This document shows, piece by piece, positions 25,717 to 32,228 of a stretch of DNA of 45,932 nucleotides; positions within the stretch are counted from its first letter, which is position 1, and each line of letters opens with the position of its first letter. The DNA is from a virus. Under the pieces are notes generated by a model. The model was not told the origin of the DNA. It made no database searches and worked only from the letters and a program-made list of their open reading frames with translations. The stretch is from positions 1 through 45,932 of IMG/VR virus record IMGVR_UViG_3300037511_000088; one strand, 5' to 3'. The position numbers and the translations under genes were made by a program.

Positions 25717-25917
25717 TCAATCTCCCTTGGTTGAATTGAGAATTGCGGCAAACCTGTCGCGCGCCAGTTCAAACTCGGGCTTCACGGGGAAGCCGATGTT
25801 CGCGGCCATGTCGTCCCAAGCGCTGCTCAGGAGCGAGAGGCGTGCCATTTCACCGGTCGGCGGCTGCGGTTCATGCGGCCAGCGAAGATGCGCGATGGAG
25901 CACTCCTCCTGCATCAC
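25717..25917 (-). CDS. Hypothetical protein (66 aa).
   Basis: ATGA coupling at 25914-25917. Confidence 0.5.
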   Translation of the reverse strand: MMQEECSIAHLRWPHEPQPPTGEMARLSLLSSAWDDMAANIGFPVKPEFELARDRFAAILNSTKGD

Positions 25918-26144
25918 CCGACCTCCGCATCAGCAATATCCTGATACCTGTCGCTCAGGGCTTGGAGGGCGCGGGACACTAAAAGCGCCTGACAGTATTG
26001 GGCATTGCGGTCGCCAATCACTGCGTCGATGTCGCCCAGTGCACTGATGTCGATCGCGACAAGCTTTTCGGAGGCGACACGAAACGCCTTCGCAGCGGTT
26101 TCAAGGTCAGCAGCTATCTGCCAAGGTTTGTCGCGCTGGGTCAT
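25914..26144 (-). CDS. Hypothetical protein (76 aa).
   Basis: ATGA coupling at 26141-26144. Confidence 0.5.
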   Translation of the reverse strand: MTQRDKPWQIAADLETAAKAFRVASEKLVAIDISALGDIDAVIGDRNAQYCQALLVSRALQALSDRYQDIADAEVG

Positions 26145-26359
26145 GACTGGCGATCTTTCCGAACGATGCGCCATTCGAGATTGAGCGCATTGAGGATGGA
26201 AGTGCCGGGAAGGCGCTTACCGTTCAGAAATTCGCTGACGTGGCTCTTGTTGACGCCGTGATGCTTCGACCAGCCGGGAATGCCCGTAGAGCCGACGCGC
26301 TTGGTCTTGAACTTGCTGGCGCGCTTCATGAGCAATGCGCGGATCTGATCAAGGGTCAC
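26141..26359 (-). CDS. Small HTH-like DNA-binding protein (72 aa).
   Basis: GTGA coupling at 26356-26359. WSKHHGVNKSHVSEFLNGKRLP helix-turn-helix-like segment. Confidence 0.5.
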   Translation of the reverse strand: MTLDQIRALLMKRASKFKTKRVGSTGIPGWSKHHGVNKSHVSEFLNGKRLPGTSILNALNLEWRIVRKDRQS

Positions 26360-26754
26360 GCGCCGGGCTCCCGCGACGTTGGACCGAGAAAGTCTTGGAC
26401 AGCAGCAACCCAAGCATTGGCCTGCTCGTGCGCCGTGTAGATCATGCCCGATGCCATATAATTGATGGCACCCCTCTCAGTCTGGAAGGTGCGGCCCCAA
26501 TCAAGCCATTCGGGATGCGCGTCCGAGCGGTGGAACATGTGCCAGCCATCGCTCTGGCGCTCGATGCGGTACAGCGTTCCGGCATAAAGGCAGTCCTTGC
26601 GGGTCAGCGTGCCGTCAGCGTTGCGCACGATTTTGAATTCAATGGTCTCCTGCGCCTGATCGAAGCCCGTAAGGGGCGAGACCGGAACGGGCTCGACGGG
26701 AACCGCGAGAGCAGGTTGCGCGCGCAGCGCGTCGCTCAAGTCATTGTTTTTCAT
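26356..26754 (-). CDS. Hypothetical protein (132 aa).
   Basis: ATGA coupling at 26751-26754. Confidence 0.55.
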   Translation of the reverse strand: MKNNDLSDALRAQPALAVPVEPVPVSPLTGFDQAQETIEFKIVRNADGTLTRKDCLYAGTLYRIERQSDGWHMFHRSDAHPEWLDWGRTFQTERGAINYMASGMIYTAHEQANAWVAAVQDFLGPTSREPGA

Positions 26755-27020
26755 GCCGCTTCATCCATCGAATGAGCGGCGATCATCGCATCGAGACGCG
26801 CGTGATGTTCCTCGGTCTGCTCGCTGGGCTGAACACCGAAGTGAACCCAGATCGCACCGCAGCGGGTCGCAGCATCTTTCGTGCGGAACTTCGCCGTCGC
26901 ATCCGAAGACGCGCCGATCGTTACCCAGTGGCCATCACCAGTCAGGAACAGCGACCATTCCAATCCGCCGGGAATGTAGCTCCTGACGTGCTTGACTTCG
27001 GCTGTGCGGCGGGTGGGCAC
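26751..27020 (-). CDS. Hypothetical protein (89 aa from GTG 27020).
   Basis: The ORF continues upstream but overlaps the RMF-like gene. GTG lies 1 nt after that gene's stop. Confidence 0.4.
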   Translation of the reverse strand: MPTRRTAEVKHVRSYIPGGLEWSLFLTGDGHWVTIGASSDATAKFRTKDAATRCGAIWVHFGVQPSEQTEEHHARLDAMIAAHSMDEAA

Positions 27021-27021
27021 G

Positions 27022-27237
27022 TCAATTCCCCGTCTTGCGGGAGTTGAGAAGGCCGTCGCGGCGGCAGGCTTCCCAGCCCATGCCCCACGCCTTGCGCTTC
27101 TTCGCGGCATACGCCGGATATGGGTTTTCGGACTTCAGGAGGCCGCATTCCCCGTCCTTGTAACCTTCGTTCCATGCAGCGGTGCTGGGGGCGATGCGGA
27201 CTGGATTTTCGTTCGTGATGGGCTTGGCGGGTGCCAT
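27022..27237 (-). CDS. Ribosome-modulation-factor (RMF)-like small protein, first gene of the early-left operon (71 aa; alternative ATG at 27249).
   Basis: AWNEGYKDGECGLLKSENPYPAYAAKKRKAWGMGWEA matches E. coli RMF QRGYQAGIAGRSKEMCPYQTLNQRSQWLGGWREA. GGAGGA lies 4 nt before ATG 27237. Confidence 0.55.
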   Translation of the reverse strand: MAPAKPITNENPVRIAPSTAAWNEGYKDGECGLLKSENPYPAYAAKKRKAWGMGWEACRRDGLLNSRKTGN

Positions 27238-27278
27238 TTCGTCCTCCATCGGGCCGGGTCGGCTCCGTTGATGGAGGA

Positions 27279-27295
27279 GTTGTAACAGTTACAAC
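27279..27295. promoter_or_regulatory. Operator OL1: GTTGTA-ACAGT-TACAAC.
   Basis: Perfect 6-bp inverted half-sites with a 5-bp spacer, identical to the half-sites at 28130-28146. Confidence 0.65.
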
Positions 27296-27306
27296 CTCAG
27301 ATGCAA
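27279..27306 (-). promoter_or_regulatory. Early-left promoter (PL-like): -35 TTGCAT (27306-27301), 16-nt spacer, -10 TACAAC (27284-27279).
   Basis: Same architecture as the cro promoter. The -10 hexamer is the operator half-site. The SD and first gene follow about 25 nt downstream. Confidence 0.5.
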
Positions 27307-27313
27307 GCGGAAT

Positions 27314-27330
27314 GTTGTACAAAAAACAAC
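27314..27330. promoter_or_regulatory. Operator OL2 (imperfect): GTTGTA-CAAAA-AACAAC.
   Basis: 11 of 12 half-site matches, 35 bp centre-to-centre from OL1. Confidence 0.45.
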
Positions 27331-27340
27331 GATCGTGGAT

Positions 27341-27643
27341 TTAATCGGCGTTTTGGGAGCGTTTTTGGCGCTTTTCTGCGCGCTCTTTGCGCCACCTATC
27401 GCCCTCTTCAAGCATGAAGTAGGCGATCACGCAGGAGGTGCCCAGCAAGGCTTGGGCGAAAAATAGCTCTCTCAGTTCCAGATCGTAAACTAGGACCACG
27501 AGAAGGGGGACCAGCAACGGGCCGCAGCCTGGATAACCCGTGAGCTTGAAGGCGCTCCACAGCAGCCAGGCTGCGGAGCCCGTTATCCCGGCCGCCAAAA
27601 GTATTGTCAGCGCTCCTGACAGCATGCTGATCAGTATGTTCAT
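27341..27643 (-). CDS. Three-TM membrane protein downstream of the repressor gene (100 aa; candidate lysogeny-expressed exclusion factor).
   Basis: Three hydrophobic spans and a basic tail. Rare codons for this genome (ATA x3, CTA x2, TTG x3). No obvious SD. Confidence 0.5.
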   Translation of the reverse strand: MNILISMLSGALTILLAAGITGSAAWLLWSAFKLTGYPGCGPLLVPLLVVLVYDLELRELFFAQALLGTSCVIAYFMLEEGDRWRKERAEKRQKRSQNAD

Positions 27644-27740
27644 AGGTAGAGCAACCAGATAGCCAAGGCTGCCACAAGCCCTGATATGGCCGTAAACAGC
27701 GAGCAGCCTCCATTTTCTTGGGGGCGCGGCGTCCCGTCAC

Positions 27741-28061
27741 TCAAGCGCGCTTGTCCTCAAGAAGGGTTTCGGCGATCCTCTCGATCTGGCGCCGCACCTC
27801 AGGATTCGCCCTACGTAGGGTTGTCCAGATAGGGGTTGGTTCGTTTGGGCCCCGGGTTAACAATACGGCGACCTCGGTGTCGAGCGCGTCCGCGATGGCC
27901 TCGATCATCTCCTGATTGTACTGGAGAATGCCGCGCTCGACCTTTGATAAATTGCCCTTGTCCATGGGAACTTTGGCAGCGAGATCGTCCAAAGACATGC
28001 CCTTGGCCTCGCGGTGCTGGCGAATGAATGTGGGCTGGAAACGCTGAGTCTGTTTGACCAT
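27741..28061 (-). CDS. CI-like repressor, XRE-family HTH (106 aa from ATG 28061).
   Basis: FIRQHREAKGMSLDDLAAKVPMDKGNLSKVERG HTH. Divergent from the cro-like gene across the operator region. Confidence 0.75.
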   Translation of the reverse strand: MVKQTQRFQPTFIRQHREAKGMSLDDLAAKVPMDKGNLSKVERGILQYNQEMIEAIADALDTEVAVLLTRGPNEPTPIWTTLRRANPEVRRQIERIAETLLEDKRA

Positions 28062-28117
28062 GGCGTATAATCGCGCACTCGTAAGGCCTGAGCGAGCCGC
28101 GAGCGTACAACCCTCGC

Positions 28118-28147
28118 TTGACGACAATGGTTGTATCATTTACAACC
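28118..28147 (+). promoter_or_regulatory. Early-right promoter (PR-like) with operator OR. -35 TTGACG (28118-28123), 17-nt spacer, -10 TACAAC (28141-28146). Operator GGTTGTA-TCATT-TACAACC (28129-28147).
   Basis: Hexamers and palindrome read directly from the sequence. ATG 28154 lies 7 nt after the -10. Confidence 0.55.
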
Positions 28148-28153
28148 TCGCAG

Positions 28154-28366
28154 ATGGACCCAAAAGCTGCTCTCCGACAGTATCTCGCGGACAACGGGAT
28201 CAAGCCGGCAGAATTTGCCAGGCAGATCGAATACGACCGTGGGAACTTTCACAATCTGCTCAAGCCGGACACGTTTTGGCCGTCTCTTGAGCTGGCATTG
28301 CGGATAGACCGCGCAACAGCTGGCAAAATCCCCATGAGCGCGTGGGCAGAGGCAAAAGCAGCGTGA
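28154..28366 (+). CDS. Cro-like HTH protein (70 aa), probably translated from a leaderless mRNA.
   Basis: LRQYLADNGIKPAEFARQIEYDRGNFHNLL HTH. The longer TTG 28118 start coincides with the -35 hexamer. Confidence 0.65.
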   Translation: MDPKAALRQYLADNGIKPAEFARQIEYDRGNFHNLLKPDTFWPSLELALRIDRATAGKIPMSAWAEAKAA

Positions 28367-28371
28367 CCTGC

Positions 28372-28587
28372 TTAATGGGCCACGCGGTCACACCCTCGAC
28401 AGAACCCAGAGACTGGTCGACGCGACGCAGTCCATTGTTCGAACGTCCTCTGAGCTTCCTCGATCGCGGCGGCAAAGGCCAGCATTGGCATCTTGAGCGC
28501 GATACAATCTCCATCGCTCGTGACGCGAATGATCGCATGTCCGCCTTCAATGATGAAGCTTGGCACTCCGTCCAAATCGTACCGCAC
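28372..28587 (-). CDS. Possible small protein convergent with cro (71 aa from GTG 28587; ORF extends to 28632).
   Basis: GGGGAGAGG lies 3 nt before the GTG. Composition is more protein-like than the + strand frames here. GC3 is only moderate. Confidence 0.35.
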   Translation of the reverse strand: MRYDLDGVPSFIIEGGHAIIRVTSDGDCIALKMPMLAFAAAIEEAQRTFEQWTASRRPVSGFCRGCDRVAH

Positions 28588-28688
28588 AGGCCTCTCCCCA
28601 CTGCTGCGACTCGTCGCGCGACCGAACAGCATACGGGCCGGTATTTCGGAATGGCAAATTCAAGTGCACCCATATCGGAGGTATCGGC

Positions 28689-28898
28689 ATGAACGCCGCC
28701 TGCGCCTTCTGCGGTCATCCCGTGGACAGCCCGGCTTTCCGCCGTTGCACCTTCGCAATCTGCAATCACAGCCCGGCCTTTACGGCTGAGGCAGCAATCT
28801 CGACCGGGTTGACCCCATTCCCTGGTCGAGAGGGGGAGGCCATCGCCTCGCAAAGTCGTCTGGTCTCCCCCGACCTTTCAGAAGGACACGGCGGATGA
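28689..28898 (+). CDS. Cys/His-rich small protein (69 aa).
   Basis: GGAGG lies 7 nt before ATG 28689. Very high GC3. ATGA overlap with the next gene. Confidence 0.55.
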   Translation: MNAACAFCGHPVDSPAFRRCTFAICNHSPAFTAEAAISTGLTPFPGREGEAIASQSRLVSPDLSEGHGG

Positions 28899-29248
28899 GC
28901 GAGCCAATTTGTCCATGCTGTGGATATGACTTCGATCAAGATGAGCCGATCGAACGCGGCATCTTCAAAATGTTCCCTTACGGCAACCCAACCGTGCGAG
29001 GCGTGTCGGTCAAAATGACCGAGCAAGAGCGCGCTTTGCTGTGGTCTGTTCTCAAAGCGAATGGCCGCGTCGTGTCTCGCGATGTGATCTACTCGCGCCT
29101 CGATCTCGACGTAGATCCGAAGATCATCGACGTGGTGATGTGCCGCGTGCGTCGAAAACTGCGTGTTCACGGCATTGACACCATCCGCACCGAATGGGGG
29201 CGCGGCTATCGCTGGGAATGGCCGGCAGCTCTCGCAATGGCCGCATAG
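28895..29248 (+). CDS. Transcriptional regulator with an N-terminal CPCC zinc ribbon and an OmpR/PhoB-type winged helix (117 aa).
   Basis: MTEQERALLWSVLKANGRVVSRDVIYSRL...IIDVVMCRVRRKL...IRTEWGRGYRW. Confidence 0.7.
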   Translation: MSEPICPCCGYDFDQDEPIERGIFKMFPYGNPTVRGVSVKMTEQERALLWSVLKANGRVVSRDVIYSRLDLDVDPKIIDVVMCRVRRKLRVHGIDTIRTEWGRGYRWEWPAALAMAA

Positions 29249-29473
29249 ATGACCGCTCTCATCATCGCCATCGCTGGCTGCATCATCTTCGCAGCATTCA
29301 TTGTCGGTCTCGTCGGCTGGCTCTGGGGCGATCTCCACTCGCCATCTGAAGACGAGCCTTTCGATGATCCTCGCAATTTCGGCGAGGCGCCTTGCGTCAC
29401 TCACAGCGACAACGGGGACTTCATGGGCTGGGTTCATGGCGAGCCCGACACAACCAACATCATCAATCTCTAG
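29249..29473 (+). CDS. Single-TM small protein (74 aa).
   Basis: LIIAIAGCIIFAAFIVGLVGWLW span, acidic tail. Confidence 0.55.
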   Translation: MTALIIAIAGCIIFAAFIVGLVGWLWGDLHSPSEDEPFDDPRNFGEAPCVTHSDNGDFMGWVHGEPDTTNIINL

Positions 29474-29488
29474 GGAAGGAACTGAACC

Positions 29489-29827
29489 ATGGCTGGATTC
29501 ACGGACGATTATGGCAACGCCGCGCAGGCTGTCCTTGGCCGCTCTGCTGGGGGTCTCGCTGCCGGTCTGAACCGCCCCACTCCCGCTCTCGAAGAAGCTA
29601 CCAAGCGCTTGCATGAGATTGCAGCGCGCCTCGCGGAAACCAGCAATGGGCTCCGCCACGAGATGGACCGCATCAACGGACCGCGCCCCGAAACCGGCAT
29701 GAAGGATCCCGGATCCTCCACCAGTGACAGCTTCAGTGCCGTGAGCGGCCTCATGGACGTGATCTCTATAGTGGCCCGCGTCGCAGGGGAGCTTCAGTCG
29801 GAAGCTGAGCGCGCACAATCGATCTGA
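29489..29827 (+). CDS. Hypothetical protein (112 aa).
   Basis: GGAAGGA RBS region. Helical, coiled-coil-like. Confidence 0.55.
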   Translation: MAGFTDDYGNAAQAVLGRSAGGLAAGLNRPTPALEEATKRLHEIAARLAETSNGLRHEMDRINGPRPETGMKDPGSSTSDSFSAVSGLMDVISIVARVAGELQSEAERAQSI

Positions 29828-29856
29828 TCCATCCGTTTTCATGCCGGGGTCAATAA

Positions 29857-30309
29857 ATGACGCAGCGCACAACGAACGAGCGGGAAACCGCCATTTTTTC
29901 CGCTTCATCGGTTTTGGATGAAATTGCCGCCGCTTTGACATCTATCCGCCGCGAAGACGGATTGACGTTCGCGGACATGGCTGCCGTCCTTGGCAAGAGC
30001 GAGGATCAGGCCGCGAAATACTGTGCCGGCAGTGCTGAGATGGGCGTAATCGCTTATGCGCGCGCGCAGCGGGAATGGAACGGCCGGTTCGCTGGCGGCC
30101 TCTATCGCTTGTGCCATGACAGCCGCCCGTCGAAAGATCAGGATCGCTCAAGGCAGAGCAAGGTGCTTGCCGCCGCCCTCGCGCTTTCGATCGCGCTTGA
30201 GGACGATGGCGAGATCACTCCGGCGGAAGTGAAGGCCAACCGTGGCACCCTGGAAGCGGCGCGCGATGCAATCGACGAGCTGCTGCGCAAGCGGCTTCGG
30301 AGCGCCTGA
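29857..30309 (+). CDS. HTH regulatory protein (150 aa; CII-like position).
   Basis: GLTFADMAAVLGKSEDQAAKYCAG HTH-like segment. Confidence 0.5.
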   Translation: MTQRTTNERETAIFSASSVLDEIAAALTSIRREDGLTFADMAAVLGKSEDQAAKYCAGSAEMGVIAYARAQREWNGRFAGGLYRLCHDSRPSKDQDRSRQSKVLAAALALSIALEDDGEITPAEVKANRGTLEAARDAIDELLRKRLRSA

Positions 30310-30310
30310 G

Positions 30311-30688
30311 ATGCAAAGCGAACTGCAATCTCGTCAATGTATCGGCCTAGGAGAAAGGCCATTCATCTTCCGTCGAATTGACGTGGACGGTGACGAGTAT
30401 TTCATGGCCGCACCGCTCCGGGTGGTCGCGATGCCCCGCCGGCTGCCTCCGATCGAACCGCCGAAGCCTAAAGAAGCACCGGCGATCGTCAGAGCCCCAG
30501 AGATGCATTGGGTTGACCGCTACATTGACCAAACAATGGCGGTCCGGTCATTTCTCAACGCCCAAGGCTATTGCGTCCGGACCGTCGAGGACCGTGGGGT
30601 CATTGGATATCAGCTCTCAGGCGTCCCAGGGCTTCTGAACAATTCGCAGCTTGTCGATCTGGCAACCAAGCATGGTTGGAAGCCATGA
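30311..30688 (+). CDS. Hypothetical protein (125 aa).
   Basis: ATG lies 1 nt after the upstream stop. Confidence 0.55.
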   Translation: MQSELQSRQCIGLGERPFIFRRIDVDGDEYFMAAPLRVVAMPRRLPPIEPPKPKEAPAIVRAPEMHWVDRYIDQTMAVRSFLNAQGYCVRTVEDRGVIGYQLSGVPGLLNNSQLVDLATKHGWKP

Positions 30689-30834
30689 CAGAGACGCTGA
30701 TCCTCACCCCACAGATGGCAGCGGCTGCCTTCGATCATGAACTCAGCCAGCGCTTGGCGGCTCGCAAGCTTTTGCGTCCTCAGCGGCAGGCGTCGGCGAT
30801 GCGCGGTGTTCGTAATCGGGGGTTGCGCACATGA
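30685..30834 (+). CDS. Possible small protein (49 aa).
   Basis: ATGA coupling on both sides. Confidence 0.4.
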   Translation: MTETLILTPQMAAAAFDHELSQRLAARKLLRPQRQASAMRGVRNRGLRT

Positions 30835-31166
30835 TCGAGCTTCCCTTTCCGCCTTCCTCTCTGTCGGGTCACAATAAAGGCCATTGGCGCAGCAAATCCG
30901 CGGTCGTCGCCCAGCACCGCGCATGGGCGAAGCACGCAACCCTGGCAGCTAATCTGCGCGCGCCGGATCAGGGCGATATCCGCGTGATCGCGACATTCTA
31001 CCCGCCGAACCGCCGAGGCGATCGGGTCAACTTCCCGAACCGCATGAAGCCCTACTTCGACGGCATCGCCGACGCGCTGAAGGTCAACGATAGTCGGTTC
31101 GTGCCGTCCTATCTTTTCGGTGAACCCGTAGCCGGCGGCAAGGTTGTCATCGTGGTGGGGCCATGA
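30831..31166 (+). CDS. rusA: RusA-family Holliday-junction resolvase (111 aa).
   Basis: LPFPPSSLSGHNKGHW...FYPPNRRGDRVNFPNRMKPYFDGIADAL...DSRFV. Confidence 0.8.
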   Translation: MIELPFPPSSLSGHNKGHWRSKSAVVAQHRAWAKHATLAANLRAPDQGDIRVIATFYPPNRRGDRVNFPNRMKPYFDGIADALKVNDSRFVPSYLFGEPVAGGKVVIVVGP

Positions 31167-31366
31167 GCGAGGCGCGCTCCATCGGAGAAATCCTCGCGCC
31201 GATCATCCAGCGCTGTGCAGATTTCGATTTGCTGCATCTTTTGCTTCGCTCCCAGAACAGCCCGGAAGAGAGAAAGAACATCATCATTCAGTTTCGTGCC
31301 TGGGGCTCGATCAGTGACGAGGAAACGGAAATGCTGATCCAAGCATACATGCTGGAGACCGCATAA
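31163..31366 (+). CDS. Hypothetical protein (67 aa).
   Basis: ATGA coupling. GC is lower than in its neighbours. Confidence 0.5.
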   Translation: MSEARSIGEILAPIIQRCADFDLLHLLLRSQNSPEERKNIIIQFRAWGSISDEETEMLIQAYMLETA

Positions 31367-32073
31367 TGAGCCGGTGGTTTCGACATTATGCGGGTATGGC
31401 GCGAGACGACAAGCTTGTCCGCGCCTCACTCAAATCAAAGCAGTCCATTGAGCGCGTCCTATGGGTGTGGTGCGCCATTCTGGAAAGCGCAGCGGAGATT
31501 GACGATGGCGGCCGATACGAAATTGATCACGCTGAGATGGCACGGTTTCTCCGGTGCTCTGAGGGGAAGCTGGCTGCTATTGAAGATGCTCTTCGTGATC
31601 TGGGTCGGTTGCACGAAAGCACTGTGGCGAAATGGAACGGTCGTCAATTTCAGTCTGACCGATCAGCCGAACGGACCAAGCGTTACCGTGACGGTCTCAA
31701 AGGAAAAAATTGCGCTGGAGACAAAACGTCACGTGACGACAATGTGACGTCACAAGAACGTCACTGTGACGCACCAGAGACAGAGACAGAGACAGAGACA
31801 GAGACAGAAGAAGTTCCGATAGATAAATCTATCGGGGCCCTGCCCGATTCCGATTCTGTGTTTTGGGCGAACTCGAAGGCGTATCTGGCTGACGTCAGCA
31901 AAAACCCAGGTGCCTTGATCGGCATGTGGGTTCAGAAACACGGCAAGCTGGAAACGGCGGATGCTCTGACCCGCGCACAGCTTGACCGGCCGGTTGAGAA
32001 AATTCCGTTCATTCAGGGCTGTTTCAGGCATTCAAAGCGGCAATCGGCAGAGGAGTTCGCCTCGCCATGTTGA
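31366..32073 (+). CDS. Replication initiator/organiser-like protein containing the ori-like repeat array (235 aa).
   Basis: Lies directly upstream of the primase-helicase and is coupled to it. The central linker (ETETETETE) is encoded by DNA repeats. Confidence 0.55.
   Translation: MSRWFRHYAGMARDDKLVRASLKSKQSIERVLWVWCAILESAAEIDDGGRYEIDHAEMARFLRCSEGKLAAIEDALRDLGRLHESTVAKWNGRQFQSDRSAERTKRYRDGLKGKNCAGDKTSRDDNVTSQERHCDAPETETETETETEEVPIDKSIGALPDSDSVFWANSKAYLADVSKNPGALIGMWVQKHGKLETADALTRAQLDRPVEKIPFIQGCFRHSKRQSAEEFASPC
31727..31835. repeat. Origin-like array: palindromes CGTCACGTGACG (31727-31738), TGTGACGTCACA (31743-31754) and CGTCAC-T-GTGACG (31759-31771); (AGAGAC)x5 (31776-31805); CCGATAGAT-AA-ATCTATCGG (31816-31835).
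   Basis: Read directly from the sequence. The GTGACG/CGTCAC palindromes are spaced 16 bp apart. Confidence 0.6.
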
Positions 32074-32228
32074 TCGACTGGCGTCCGAAAAAGCCCGGCA
32101 AGCAGCTATGCCCGCAGTGCTCGCACACCCGAAAAAACAAGAGGGAAACGTGCTTGAGCGTGACGGAGAGCGACGGGGAATTGGTCTGGTTTTGCCACAA
32201 CGGCTGCGGTTTCAAGGGAGCGACACAT
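32067..32228 (+). CDS. Primase zinc-ribbon segment (about 54 codons), in a different frame from the TOPRIM-helicase body.
   Basis: ATG 32067 overlaps the upstream stop (ATGTTGA). CPQCSH...FCHNGCGFKG is a CxxC...CxxxC zinc ribbon. The frame then reads through non-protein-like sequence to 32591. Confidence 0.45.

Noticed and set aside
28066-28071. A perfect TATAAT on the + strand just upstream of the repressor start codon.
   Set aside because: No acceptable -35 or extended -10 lies at the right spacing. On the strand relevant to the repressor gene it reads ATTATA. It is noted only as a candidate secondary promoter.
28766-29941. Long antisense ORFs, for example 28766-29941, 6188-7360, 32890-33795, 38760-39707, 42260-43291, 8882-9721 and 34761-35567.
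   Set aside because: They lie opposite well-supported genes, are Arg/Gly/Ala/Pro-rich, and lack RBS or coupling. These are typical shadow ORFs of a high-GC genome.
31776-31805. (AGAGAC)x5 as a CRISPR-like or mobile-element repeat.
   Set aside because: It is a contiguous microsatellite with no spacers, lies inside an ORF (encoding ETETETETE), and sits next to ori-like palindromes. No CRISPR array exists anywhere in the window.
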